A stretch of 64,000 nt of DNA from an uncultured delta proteobacterium (GTDB lineage: Bacteria > Myxococcota > Myxococcia > Myxococcales > Myxococcaceae), in NCBI GenBank assembly GCA_963771175.1, contig CAVYSY010000054.1, positions 96,001-160,000 on the forward strand, read 5' to 3'. This document shows positions 30,834 to 39,703 of this stretch, piece by piece (position 1 is the first letter of the stretch; every line of letters starts with the position of its first letter). Position numbers and translations under genes: made by a program. Under the pieces are notes generated by a model that made no database searches, was not told where the DNA came from, and was given only the letters and a program-made list of their open reading frames with translations.

Positions 30834-31628
30834 ATGCGTGCGCGGGTGTCCGGGGCCCTCGGCGTCTCGGTGGCACTGCACGTGCTCGGCGCGGTGGCCC
30901 TGGGGTGGGGTGCGTCGGAGCCGGAGCGCGTCGTGCCGGGCCGGCCGCTGGAGGTGCAGCTCGTCTGGCGCGATGCGTCGAGGAGCGGAGTGCCCGGGCC
31001 GGCTTCCCCCGAGGCCCCCGCCCCGCGCCCCCCTCCCGGACGGCGCCAGAAGGGGGGCCGTGCTCGTGTGCAGTCCCCGCCGGAGGTGCATGCCCCCGCG
31101 CCTGCTCCGGCGGCGGCCCCGTCCGAGCCGGAGCCCGAGGCCGTTGCCTCCGAGTCTCCCTCCAGTGGCCCGCTGGCGGCCGTGGAGTCGGTGAACCCGG
31201 GGGCTCTGTCGGGACAGGGCGACGAGGGGTCCGCTCCGTCGGGTCCGTCGGGAGGAGGGGCGTCTCCCGAGGTGCGCTCTCCGGGAGGGGGCACGCCTGG
31301 AAGCCGCGCGGGCGGATTGGACTCGGAGCTCGGGGCCTACCGCGAGCAGCTCTCCCGGCGAGTGACCCGGCAGCGGCGCTATCCCGCACAGGCGGTGCGG
31401 CTCGGCCTGGAGGGCACGGTGCTGGTCCGCGTACGTATCAACCACGATGGCGCGCTGGCCGCGCCGCCCCGGCTCGAGGGCTCCTCGCGCTTCCGGGTGC
31501 TGGACGTCGAGGCCCTGCGCATGGTGGAGGCCGCCGCGCCTTTCGCGCCCCTTCCCTCGGAGCTGATTCGGGAATCGGCCGAGTTCGTCATCCCGGTGAG
31601 CTTCTCCCTGCGCGCCACGGCGGGCTGA
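30834..31628 (+). CDS. TonB-family energy transducer
   Basis: SVALH TM anchor, Pro-rich linker, YPAQAVRLGLEGTV, SS..VLD; alternative start 30792. Confidence 0.88.
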   Translation: MRARVSGALGVSVALHVLGAVALGWGASEPERVVPGRPLEVQLVWRDASRSGVPGPASPEAPAPRPPPGRRQKGGRARVQSPPEVHAPAPAPAAAPSEPEPEAVASESPSSGPLAAVESVNPGALSGQGDEGSAPSGPSGGGASPEVRSPGGGTPGSRAGGLDSELGAYREQLSRRVTRQRRYPAQAVRLGLEGTVLVRVRINHDGALAAPPRLEGSSRFRVLDVEALRMVEAAAPFAPLPSELIRESAEFVIPVSFSLRATAG

Positions 31629-31769
31629 GCCCTCCCACTTCTGGTCCGGGTCGTGGGGGCGATCTCGCCGCCTGCCCACTCACCGGTTAGAGTGCTGGCT
31701 TGGTTACGGGGAGGCACCTGGGCTCGGTCTGCGCGTGTGCTTCCCCAAGCGTCACTGCGGGAGGGCGGT

Positions 31770-32603
31770 ATGGACGGCGCCATGAACAGTCTCAACGGCC
31801 TCCTGGCCATCTACCAGGAGGATCGTTTCTTCTATGTCGGCGTCTGCTCCGCGCTGCTGAGCATCACCGCGTTCCTGGTGTTCGCGCTGCCGTGGACGTG
31901 GCTGGCCCACAAGAACCCCGAGTCGCTGAAGAAGTACCGGGTGCAGGGCAAGGACTTCCCGGTGCAGCGGTGGTTCAAGCCGTCGCTGCAGCGGTTCGCC
32001 TTCAACAACCTGGTGTCCTTCGCGAACCTGATGGTGGCCTGGCCGCTGATGCGCCTGACGGGCATCCACCTGGGCGAGCTGCCCGCCTGGTACGTCATCG
32101 TGGGGCAGATTCTCTTCTTCATCGTCCTGGACGACTTCCTCTACTACTGGATGCACCGGACGCTGCACACGCCGTGGCTCTACAAGCACGTGCACTCGGT
32201 GCACCACCGCATCACCACGCCCTTCGCGCTCACGGGCAACTACATGCACGTGGTCGAGTTCCTGCTCACCACGACGCTGGTGATGCTGGGGCCCTCGCTG
32301 GTGGGGGCGCACGTGGTGACGCTGTGGGCGTGGATTGTGTTCCGGCAGCTCGAGGCGGCGGACGGGCACTCGGGCTACGACGTGCCGTGGAACCCGGCGC
32401 TGCTGTTCCCCTTCTACAAGGGGCCCGTCTACCACGACTTCCACCACCGGCGGTTCTTCGGCAACTACGCCGGCTTCTTCGCCTACCTGGACAAGCTCTT
32501 CGGCGGCACGTACTCGAAGGGCTACGAGGAGTACCGCCGGGCGAGGCAGTCGCCGCCCGAGGCCCAACCGCAGCCGCAGGCCGACGCGCCGCCGCAGCCG
32601 TAG
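31770..32603 (+). CDS. Sterol desaturase / C-4 methylsterol oxidase-like protein
   Basis: His boxes HRTLH, HSVHH, GHSGY, HDFHH. Confidence 0.9.
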   Translation: MDGAMNSLNGLLAIYQEDRFFYVGVCSALLSITAFLVFALPWTWLAHKNPESLKKYRVQGKDFPVQRWFKPSLQRFAFNNLVSFANLMVAWPLMRLTGIHLGELPAWYVIVGQILFFIVLDDFLYYWMHRTLHTPWLYKHVHSVHHRITTPFALTGNYMHVVEFLLTTTLVMLGPSLVGAHVVTLWAWIVFRQLEAADGHSGYDVPWNPALLFPFYKGPVYHDFHHRRFFGNYAGFFAYLDKLFGGTYSKGYEEYRRARQSPPEAQPQPQADAPPQP

Positions 32604-32619
32604 CGACGGTCGTTGCAGG

Positions 32620-33073
32620 CGGAATTGGCGGAGAGGCGGCCACCATCGAGTACGCGGTGGGGGCGCTCGGGGTGACGGACATCGTGTTGTGCGGGCACTC
32701 GCACTGCGGGGCGATGACGGGGGTGCTGCAGCCGGAGACGCTGACGGACCTGCCGGCGACGCGGACGTGGCTGGAGCACGCCGAGGCCACGAGGCGCCTC
32801 CTGATGGAGAACTACGCGGAGCTCACGGGCGAGGATCGGCTCAACGTGGCCATCCAGGAGAACGTGCTGGTGCAGTTGGAGAACCTGCGCACGCTGCCGG
32901 TGGTGGCGGAGCGGCTGGCGGGCGGGCGGTTGCACCTGCACGGGTGGGTATACAAGATCGAGACCGGGGAGGTGTTCTCGTACGACCCGGGCGACGCGCG
33001 GTTTCACGCGCTGGGGCAGTACCAGCCGAAGCCGACGCAGCCGCACGGCTTCACGTCGCTCCCCGCGATTTGA
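32620..33073 (+). pseudogene. Beta carbonic anhydrase, N-terminally truncated
   Basis: ATIEYAV, VLCGHSHCGAM, ENVLVQLENL, LHGWVY present; CxDSR motif and start absent. Confidence 0.85.
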
Positions 33074-33093
33074 GCGGAGGCGGATGAACGGGC

Positions 33094-33816
33094 TCAGCGC
33101 AGGGGCAGCTCTCGGAAGACCACTCCGTCCAGCTCCAGCCGCCGTACCGCGTCCACGAATCGCTCGGTGCAGATGAAGGTTGACTCGAAGTCAGCCAGCC
33201 GGAAAAGGTCGAGGTCTTCCGGGAGCGAGGCCTCGTCCAGGATGAGGTCTCCCGGCCGTTTGAAGCCATTTCGGCCGCACTTCATGCACTGGGGCGGGCG
33301 GTCTGGCGGCAGGCAGTCAACGTGCAACCAGCCATGCGGCAGGATTTCCAGCTCCAGAAGCTCTGGCTGCTTCTTCTGGCGGAAGCGCAGTTCCGTGGGG
33401 AAGCCTTTCAGCCCCCGGACGCCCTCGGCCTGTAGTTGCTCCAATGCCTTGCGATGCACTACCGGCATCTCGATGAAATAGAAGAAGAGGGGGCTGAAGG
33501 TTCCGGTGGCCGTGCCCACCAGGGGTCCAAATTGAGCACCGGGAAGCAGTTGTGCTCCAGGCGGTACGAGTGGACGCACCATCTCGCGCAACCGCACGAA
33601 TTCGTCGAATGGCTCCGGCCTGGGTTCCTCGAAGGCCTTGTGCTCGGGCAGGGAGGACAAGTCCACACCCGGAAATGCTGTCGCACTCCCAGCCCAGGTG
33701 GCTTTGCACTCCGGGCAGCGGAGTCCGGGGAGTCCACCCCACTTGTGCCTGGCCCTGCTGAGGTCGCCCGTGCAGCGCGACTCCTTGGGGTCTTGGGCCC
33801 AGTAGAACTTCGTCAT
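33094..33816 (-). CDS. Double-CXXCG motif immunity protein (SitI6, TIGR02264)
   Basis: LPGLRCPECKA, CMKCGR, DLDLFRLADF..ICTERFV; downstream of toxin lipoprotein. Confidence 0.9.
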   Translation of the reverse strand: MTKFYWAQDPKESRCTGDLSRARHKWGGLPGLRCPECKATWAGSATAFPGVDLSSLPEHKAFEEPRPEPFDEFVRLREMVRPLVPPGAQLLPGAQFGPLVGTATGTFSPLFFYFIEMPVVHRKALEQLQAEGVRGLKGFPTELRFRQKKQPELLELEILPHGWLHVDCLPPDRPPQCMKCGRNGFKRPGDLILDEASLPEDLDLFRLADFESTFICTERFVDAVRRLELDGVVFRELPLR

Positions 33817-33820
33817 CCCG

Positions 33821-34498
33821 TCATCTCCTGCGGTGGTAGGGCACGATGGGGCCAGTCAGCTCGAAGCGGAAAATCAGTTCCCCTGCGTGACGGTAGATTT
33901 CCTCTGGTGTCGCATTGAGGTTTTCTCTGCGGAACTCTCTCCAGGCATTGTTCCACAGGCCACCGCTGGGCCCACCACTGTGAATGCGGATATGGGTGTG
34001 CTCGGGGATGACGATGGTGAATTGGTGGATGTCCGTCACCCCTTGTTCGCGGAACCATCGAGCGAGATCCTGCGCCTGGGGAAAGAGGTGGTGCCGGACC
34101 CAACGCCCCGGGGGAAGGACGTATTGCGGAGGCTTTGGGTCGAAGTGGCGGTTGAAGCGGAAGGTGAGGACGGGCTCGTTGTTGCGCGGCCACCCCCCGG
34201 TGTAGCCCCACCATCGGCGCGGAGCAGCGGGGGAGGCGCCCGTGTAGATGGGCCCGCCGCCCCGGAAGGCCAGCAGCACCTCGCGAGGCACCACCTCCTG
34301 ACAGCGGAAGAAGCCACACTCATCCCCTTCCTCGCGGCACAGCAGGACGAGGCTCCGCTCGTCCTCGCAGCCCTCCTCCCACGACTCCACGACCTCTGGC
34401 GCTGGCGCACTGCCTTCCTGGAGGGACGCACTCGAGGTCGCGCATGCGTTCAGGATCGTGCAGAGCAACGCCAGCCAGAGCTTCGATGTGGCTCTCAT
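33821..34498 (-). CDS. TIGR02269 family polymorphic toxin lipoprotein (SitA6)
   Basis: LNAC lipobox, CGFFRC, HHLFPQ, HIRIH, GGLWNNAW, GPIVPY. Confidence 0.9.
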   Translation of the reverse strand: MRATSKLWLALLCTILNACATSSASLQEGSAPAPEVVESWEEGCEDERSLVLLCREEGDECGFFRCQEVVPREVLLAFRGGGPIYTGASPAAPRRWWGYTGGWPRNNEPVLTFRFNRHFDPKPPQYVLPPGRWVRHHLFPQAQDLARWFREQGVTDIHQFTIVIPEHTHIRIHSGGPSGGLWNNAWREFRRENLNATPEEIYRHAGELIFRFELTGPIVPYHRRR

Positions 34499-34630
34499 GT
34501 TCGGCTCCCCCAGTCATGGTCCGGCGATAGCGCCACCGGGACTCATGACATTGGAGCTCTGGTGGGCACGGGCCTCCAAGCGGCGCACGAGCCCTTCTGT
34601 CCTACTGTGTACGTGAACGAAGATGCGCGC

Positions 34631-34873
34631 ATGCGCATCGAGCACGTGGCCCTCTGGACCCGGGACATTGAGCGGCTCCGCTCGTTCTACGAGACGTACT
34701 TCCAGGCGAGCGCGGGGCCCCGGTACGTCAACGAGCGCAAGCAGTTCACGTCGTACTTCCTGAGCTTCGCCTCGGGAGCGCGCCCGGAGCTCATGACGAA
34801 GCCCCTCGTGGTGGGCGCGAGCGGCGATGCCGACGCCCCACCCACCGGCTACGCGCACCTGGTGCTCTCCGTA
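34631..34873 (+). pseudogene. VOC/glyoxalase family protein, C-terminally truncated
   Basis: MRIEHVALWTRDIERLRSFY..FTSYFLSF..ELM..GYAHL, then similarity stops without the DPxGN end. Confidence 0.8.
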
Positions 34874-34897
34874 TCGAACTCACCGTCTGACCCCCGC

Positions 34898-36379
34898 TCA
34901 GCGCTCATCCTCGTAGTGGCGTCCTCGCGGAATCGGGAGCGCCCACAACTCGGAGCCCGTCCCGGGTGTGCTGGCGGCGAAGAAGATGAATCCGTCCGAG
35001 CGCGTGAACTGGCTGGGAGACGAGCTGTCCGGACCCGGAACGAGGTCCTGCAGCAACCGCGTGCCCTCCGGTGTCCCATCGCTCACCCACGGCTCCTCGC
35101 CGTGTGCCTCGTCCCCGGCGGCGAAGACGATGCGGCCATCCCCCACCGAAGCGAGGGGCTCGGTGAGACGCTCCTCGCGGATGAGCACCGAAGAGGAGAG
35201 CAACCTCGTCCCGTGGCTCTTGCCGTTCGTGACCCAGAGGTACGTCCGCAACGGCCTGAAGTCGACGGTGGTCCTGAGGGCGAAGAAGAGCTTCCCCTTC
35301 GTGACGAGGGGGCGCTCCACGAGGGCGGAGATGAAATCCGGATTCGGCGAGGTGATCGCAAGCAACTCCGCCAGGAACACCGGGCGGTGGTGGTGCGAGT
35401 CGCCCACCTTCACCTTCAGCAGGTCCACCGTGTTGCGAGCCGTGTCACGCCTCGTGAAGTAGAGGCGCTCGTTGAACACGATGAAGGGCGTCACCTCCGC
35501 GCTCCCGGGGCCAGGCACGAGGTCCGTGATGCGTTTCGTCCCCCGGGCGGTACCATTCGTCTTCCACAGCTCCCTGCCATGCTCCGGCTCCGTGGCGGCG
35601 AAGTAGAGCTCGCCGTCCCCCGGCGTCAGGCCTGACACGAACGAGCCGGTGGGTCCGGGGTTGATGTCCTTCACCAGCCGGGTGCCGGCGGCGGTCCCGT
35701 CGCTCACCCAGAGTTCCGTGCCGTGCTCCTCGTCCTCGTAGACGAAGAACAGCTTGCTCCCGAGCGCGGTGGGGCTGCCTCGGAAGCCTTCTCCCAGGTC
35801 CAGCACGCGCACCGTGCCCGAGGGCGTGCCGTCACTCGTCCACAGCTCGGTATGCGGGGAGCCTCCCTCGGGAGTGACGAAGCGGAAGAAGAACAGGGTG
35901 TCTCCCACCGCCGTGGGGGCGCCGAAAGGCGAAAAGGCAATCACGCCCCCGGAGCGCTCCTTCACCCGCCGGGTGCCCGAGGCCGTTCCATCACTCACCC
36001 ACAACTCATCCACATGGGCGACGAAGAAGAGCTGGTCCCTCACGACGGTCACCTCGCGGATCCGGTCCAGCACCTCGCCCGTCGAGGGGAGCCGGACGAG
36101 GGGGACGGTGCCCGGCGCGGTGCCGTCGCTTCTCCACAGCCCGGTCTCTCCCCCGAAGGTGGCCGAGAAGTAGAGCCGCCCCCGGAAGTCCACCAGGTTC
36201 TCCGGCTGCTCCGCGGAGTCTGGGATGAGGTCCTTCACGAGAAACGCCGGGCCGAGCTCCGGCCTCGGTCTCTTCCACTCCGCGGACACCTCGTCCTGCC
36301 GCGAGGGCTCGTCGGTGAGCGGCCCGCCACAGCCCACGGATAGCACACCGCTCAACAGTACGACCCACCCCATCCTCAT
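34898..36379 (-). CDS. ELWxxDGT repeat lipoprotein
   Basis: SVGC lipobox; repeated ELWVSDGT, ELWTSDGT, ELWKTNGT, EPWVSDGT. Confidence 0.93.
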   Translation of the reverse strand: MRMGWVVLLSGVLSVGCGGPLTDEPSRQDEVSAEWKRPRPELGPAFLVKDLIPDSAEQPENLVDFRGRLYFSATFGGETGLWRSDGTAPGTVPLVRLPSTGEVLDRIREVTVVRDQLFFVAHVDELWVSDGTASGTRRVKERSGGVIAFSPFGAPTAVGDTLFFFRFVTPEGGSPHTELWTSDGTPSGTVRVLDLGEGFRGSPTALGSKLFFVYEDEEHGTELWVSDGTAAGTRLVKDINPGPTGSFVSGLTPGDGELYFAATEPEHGRELWKTNGTARGTKRITDLVPGPGSAEVTPFIVFNERLYFTRRDTARNTVDLLKVKVGDSHHHRPVFLAELLAITSPNPDFISALVERPLVTKGKLFFALRTTVDFRPLRTYLWVTNGKSHGTRLLSSSVLIREERLTEPLASVGDGRIVFAAGDEAHGEEPWVSDGTPEGTRLLQDLVPGPDSSSPSQFTRSDGFIFFAASTPGTGSELWALPIPRGRHYEDER

Positions 36380-36526
36380 GATGACCCCCCTCGTCGATCC
36401 GTGAGCCGACCGCGCGGAACGATGGGATGGGCGGGGCCAGCGCTCCACTGCCCCGGAGAACGAGACCGGGCAGGCTGCCCCCGACCGAAGGGCATACGCC
36501 GTGCCTTGCCTGCCCTCCTGCGCGCC

Positions 36527-36943
36527 CTACTGGGGGTTCGGGTTCCTCAGGAGCTCGAGGTACTTGGGGTCCTCATTCGCGAAGAGCTCCTCGCCACCGT
36601 GCTGGCAGGCGCGCGCGAGCTCGTCGATGGCCCGTTCCCGGTTGCCGAGCTCCAGCTCGCACTGCCCCATCCGCAGGTGGATGAAGGGCGCGGCCGACCC
36701 AACGGAGCTGCGCACCGCACCCTGCAACGCGTGCTTCCCCTCGCTGTACCTCCCGAGCAGGAAGCACATGTCTCCGATGGCGGTGAACACCCGGGCCGCC
36801 GCGTCGTGCTCCTCCACGGGCCGGGGGATGAGTGCGAGGGCCTCGCGGAATCGCAGCAGCGCCGTCGCGAGCTCCCGCTGCTCCGCCATGCGTTCTCCCT
36901 CGGAGCACAGCTCGACGATCCTCTCATGACGAGCGTCATCCAT
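36527..36943 (-). CDS. Small TPR protein
   Basis: AIGDMCFLLGRY, PFIHLRMGQC..ELG, EDPKYL. Confidence 0.8.
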   Translation of the reverse strand: MDDARHERIVELCSEGERMAEQRELATALLRFREALALIPRPVEEHDAAARVFTAIGDMCFLLGRYSEGKHALQGAVRSSVGSAAPFIHLRMGQCELELGNRERAIDELARACQHGGEELFANEDPKYLELLRNPNPQ

Positions 36944-37027
36944 ACGGGCGCGGTTCTAGAACAGGTGGAGGGGGCCCAGGTAGTGCTCCGCCCCCGGGCC
37001 TTCGCTCCACCGGGGCAATTTGCCCCA

Positions 37028-38313
37028 TCAGCTCCGCGGGTCCTCTTCTTCCGGTTCCTTCGGCAGCTCGCGCAGGGGAATCAGCCGGCGCAGCAGCGGC
37101 CCGCCGTGCTTGAGGCGCGCGATGCGCTGCGAGGGGTAGATGCCCCGGTGGCCAGTGAGCAGATAGGCCACCGTGGCCACGATGGCGACGTGGGGCAACA
37201 CGCTCGCCCCGAGCAGCTCCACCGCCATGATGGACAGCGCGAGCGGGGTGTTGGCCGCGGCGGCGAACATGGCGGCCAGTCCCACCGCGGCCCCATGTCC
37301 AGCGGCAGTCCGAGCAGCCGCGCCAGCACGTTGCCGAGCGCCGCGCCGATGAAGAACAGGGGCGTCACCTCGCCACCGAGGTAGCCCGCGCTCAGGGTGA
37401 GGGCGGTGAAGAGCAGCTTCAGGGCGAAGGCGGCCACGGGAAGCTCCGGGTCCGTGAAGGACCGGAGGATGGTGGGCACGCCCAGGCCCAGGTACATGTC
37501 CGTGCCCACGAGCTGCCACAGTCCCACGAGGAGCGCCCCGCCCAGCGGCCATGCGCAGCGGCAGCGAGGGCACGTAGCGCTCCCAGGCCTTCTTCATCGC
37601 GTGCACCAGTTCCACGAAGACCACGGCCACCAGCGCCACGGCTCCGGCGAACAGGAGCCACTTGCCCAGCAGCGGCACCGTGAGCGGCAGGGGCGCGGGC
37701 ACGGGGTAGGGCGTGTGCTCGATGCCCAGCCCTCGCGTGACGAGGTCCCCCACCACGGCCGCCACCAGCGAGGGCAGCAGCGCCTCGTAGCTCATGCGGC
37801 CGATGACCACCACCTCCAGGCCGAACATCGTCCCGGCGATGGGCGTGCCGAACACGGAGCCGAAGCCTCCGGCGATGCCAGCGGCGAGCAGCTCGCGGCG
37901 GGTGAGCGGACGGCACGCCGAAGCGGTGCGCCACGGCGTCGGCGAGGCTCCCGCCCATCTGCACGGCGGTGCCCTCGCGGCCGGCGCTGCCACCGAAGAG
38001 ATGCGTGAGCACCGTGCCCAGCAGCACCATGGGCGCCATGCGCAGGGGTATCTGCGCGTCCCCCTCGTGCACGGTGTCGATGACCAGGTTGTTGCCGCCG
38101 CGGATGGGCTTGCCCCACCGGTCATAGATGGCGCCGAGCACCAGCCCGGCCACCGGCAGCGTGAAGACGAGGAAGGTCGTGCTGCTCGCGCAGGTGCGTG
38201 GCCCGCTCCAGCAGGTACAGGAAGACGGCCGAGGCGATGCCCGCGACGACTCCGACGAGACTTCCGAGGAAGAGCCACTGGATGAACGGTCGGGCGCTGG
38301 GGAGCGGGCGCAT
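37028..38313 (-). CDS. CLC-F type fluoride/proton antiporter (indels)
   Basis: GNNLVI, GREGT, GEVTP signature motifs; FGTP, ANTP. Confidence 0.88.
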
Positions 38314-38429
38314 GGGTTCAGGTCTCTACATTGACTTGGCCCCCGAGGACCATGGTCACACGTTCCTCATTACTCTTGACTGGTCCACCGTCTCCCCACC
38401 CCGGGGAGCGTTTCCAAGAGGTGTTCCCG

Positions 38430-39690
38430 ATGAACCGTCATCTCGTGCTCGTCCCGGGTTTTGGTGGGTTCGATGCCCTTGGCACCCTGCGCTACTACGA
38501 AGGTGTCACCGGGGTGCTGGGGCGCAACGACTCGCTCGTGCTGCACTACTTCCCCAACCTGCCCATGGCCAGCGTGAGCACCCGCGCCGAGCAGCTCCTC
38601 TCCTACCTCCACGAGCGCTGGCAGCGCCGGGAGATCCGCGAGGGAGATCAGATCCACCTCGTGGGGCACTCCACCGGCGGGCTCGACATCCGAGCGCTCC
38701 TCCTGCGCTACCGCGAGCTGGAGGAGTCTCGGCACAAGGGCCGCGAGAGCGCCGCGCTGGACGTGCTCGGACACATCCGCTCGGTGCAGTTCCTCTCCGT
38801 GCCGCAGCGCGGGACGAACCTCGCGGCCAAGGCGAACCAGCCGCTGCTGCGCGCCCTCGTCTACCGCCCCCTCCTGCGCGGCGTCTACGAGACCGCGCGA
38901 GGCCTGCGCGAGCACGGTGTCTCCACCTCCAGCCGGCTCATCCGCCGTGTCCTGCTGCGCAACAAGCGCCTGGAGTCGGCCAACTGGATCGACGCCTTCC
39001 TCGATGCCCTGGATGGTTGCTACTCGCGCAAGGGCCCCTACCAGGGCGCCCTGGCCCGCGCCGCGTACTTCGACCTGCTCCGCTGGCTGCTCCATATGGC
39101 CAGTGACACCTCGGCCATCAGCGACCTCAGCCCCCAGCCTCCCCGTGATGCGCCCCCCAGCCCGGCGCACGTGGACGACCCCGAGCGCGAGCGCCAGTTC
39201 CTCGTCGAGCACGACATCCGTTACGCCTCCATCATCACCGTGGCTCGGCCCAAGACGGGACAGTGGTTCGACCTCTTCAACCGGCTCCATGCCATCACCG
39301 CCTCCTCCCCGGTGCCCCGCCTGGGCCGCGCGCAGGCCGTGCAGCAGTTGATGGAGCCCAAGTCGGTCCGCATGCTCACGCCGGCCGACAACGATGGTGT
39401 CGTCAACACCGTCGCCCAGGTGTGGCCCGACGCGGACTCCTGCTACCTCCTCGAGGCCGACCACGGCGACGTCATCGGCCACTTCCAGGCCGACATCGCC
39501 GAGGACACGCACGGGGCCTTCCGGCGGTACGACCTGCTCAACTCGTCCTCCGGCTTCGACGCGCCGGCTTTCGAGGCGCTGTGGCTGCGCATCGCCGCCT
39601 TCGCCGAGGGGAAGGCCTACCAGGACGTGCGCCGCATGCCCCGCCGCCCGGCATGTGGCCTCGGGGTCCTCCGACAGCGCCCACCCCTAG
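38430..39690 (+). CDS. Alpha/beta hydrolase (lipase/esterase-like)
   Basis: VLVPGFGG, VGHSTGG, PQRGT, DNDGVV, ADHGDV; as read the frame runs to 39812 over the convergent kinase, a late indel would give stop 39690. Confidence 0.82.
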
Positions 39691-39703
39691 CGCGGGCCAG
39701 GTG

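Noticed and set aside
34898..36379. Recurrent DNA repeats as a possible array
   Set aside because: Explained by ELWxxDGT protein repeats
38314..38429. Fluoride riboswitch upstream of CLC-F
   Set aside because: No GGxGAUGG...GCUxAUGAC-type consensus found on the minus strand
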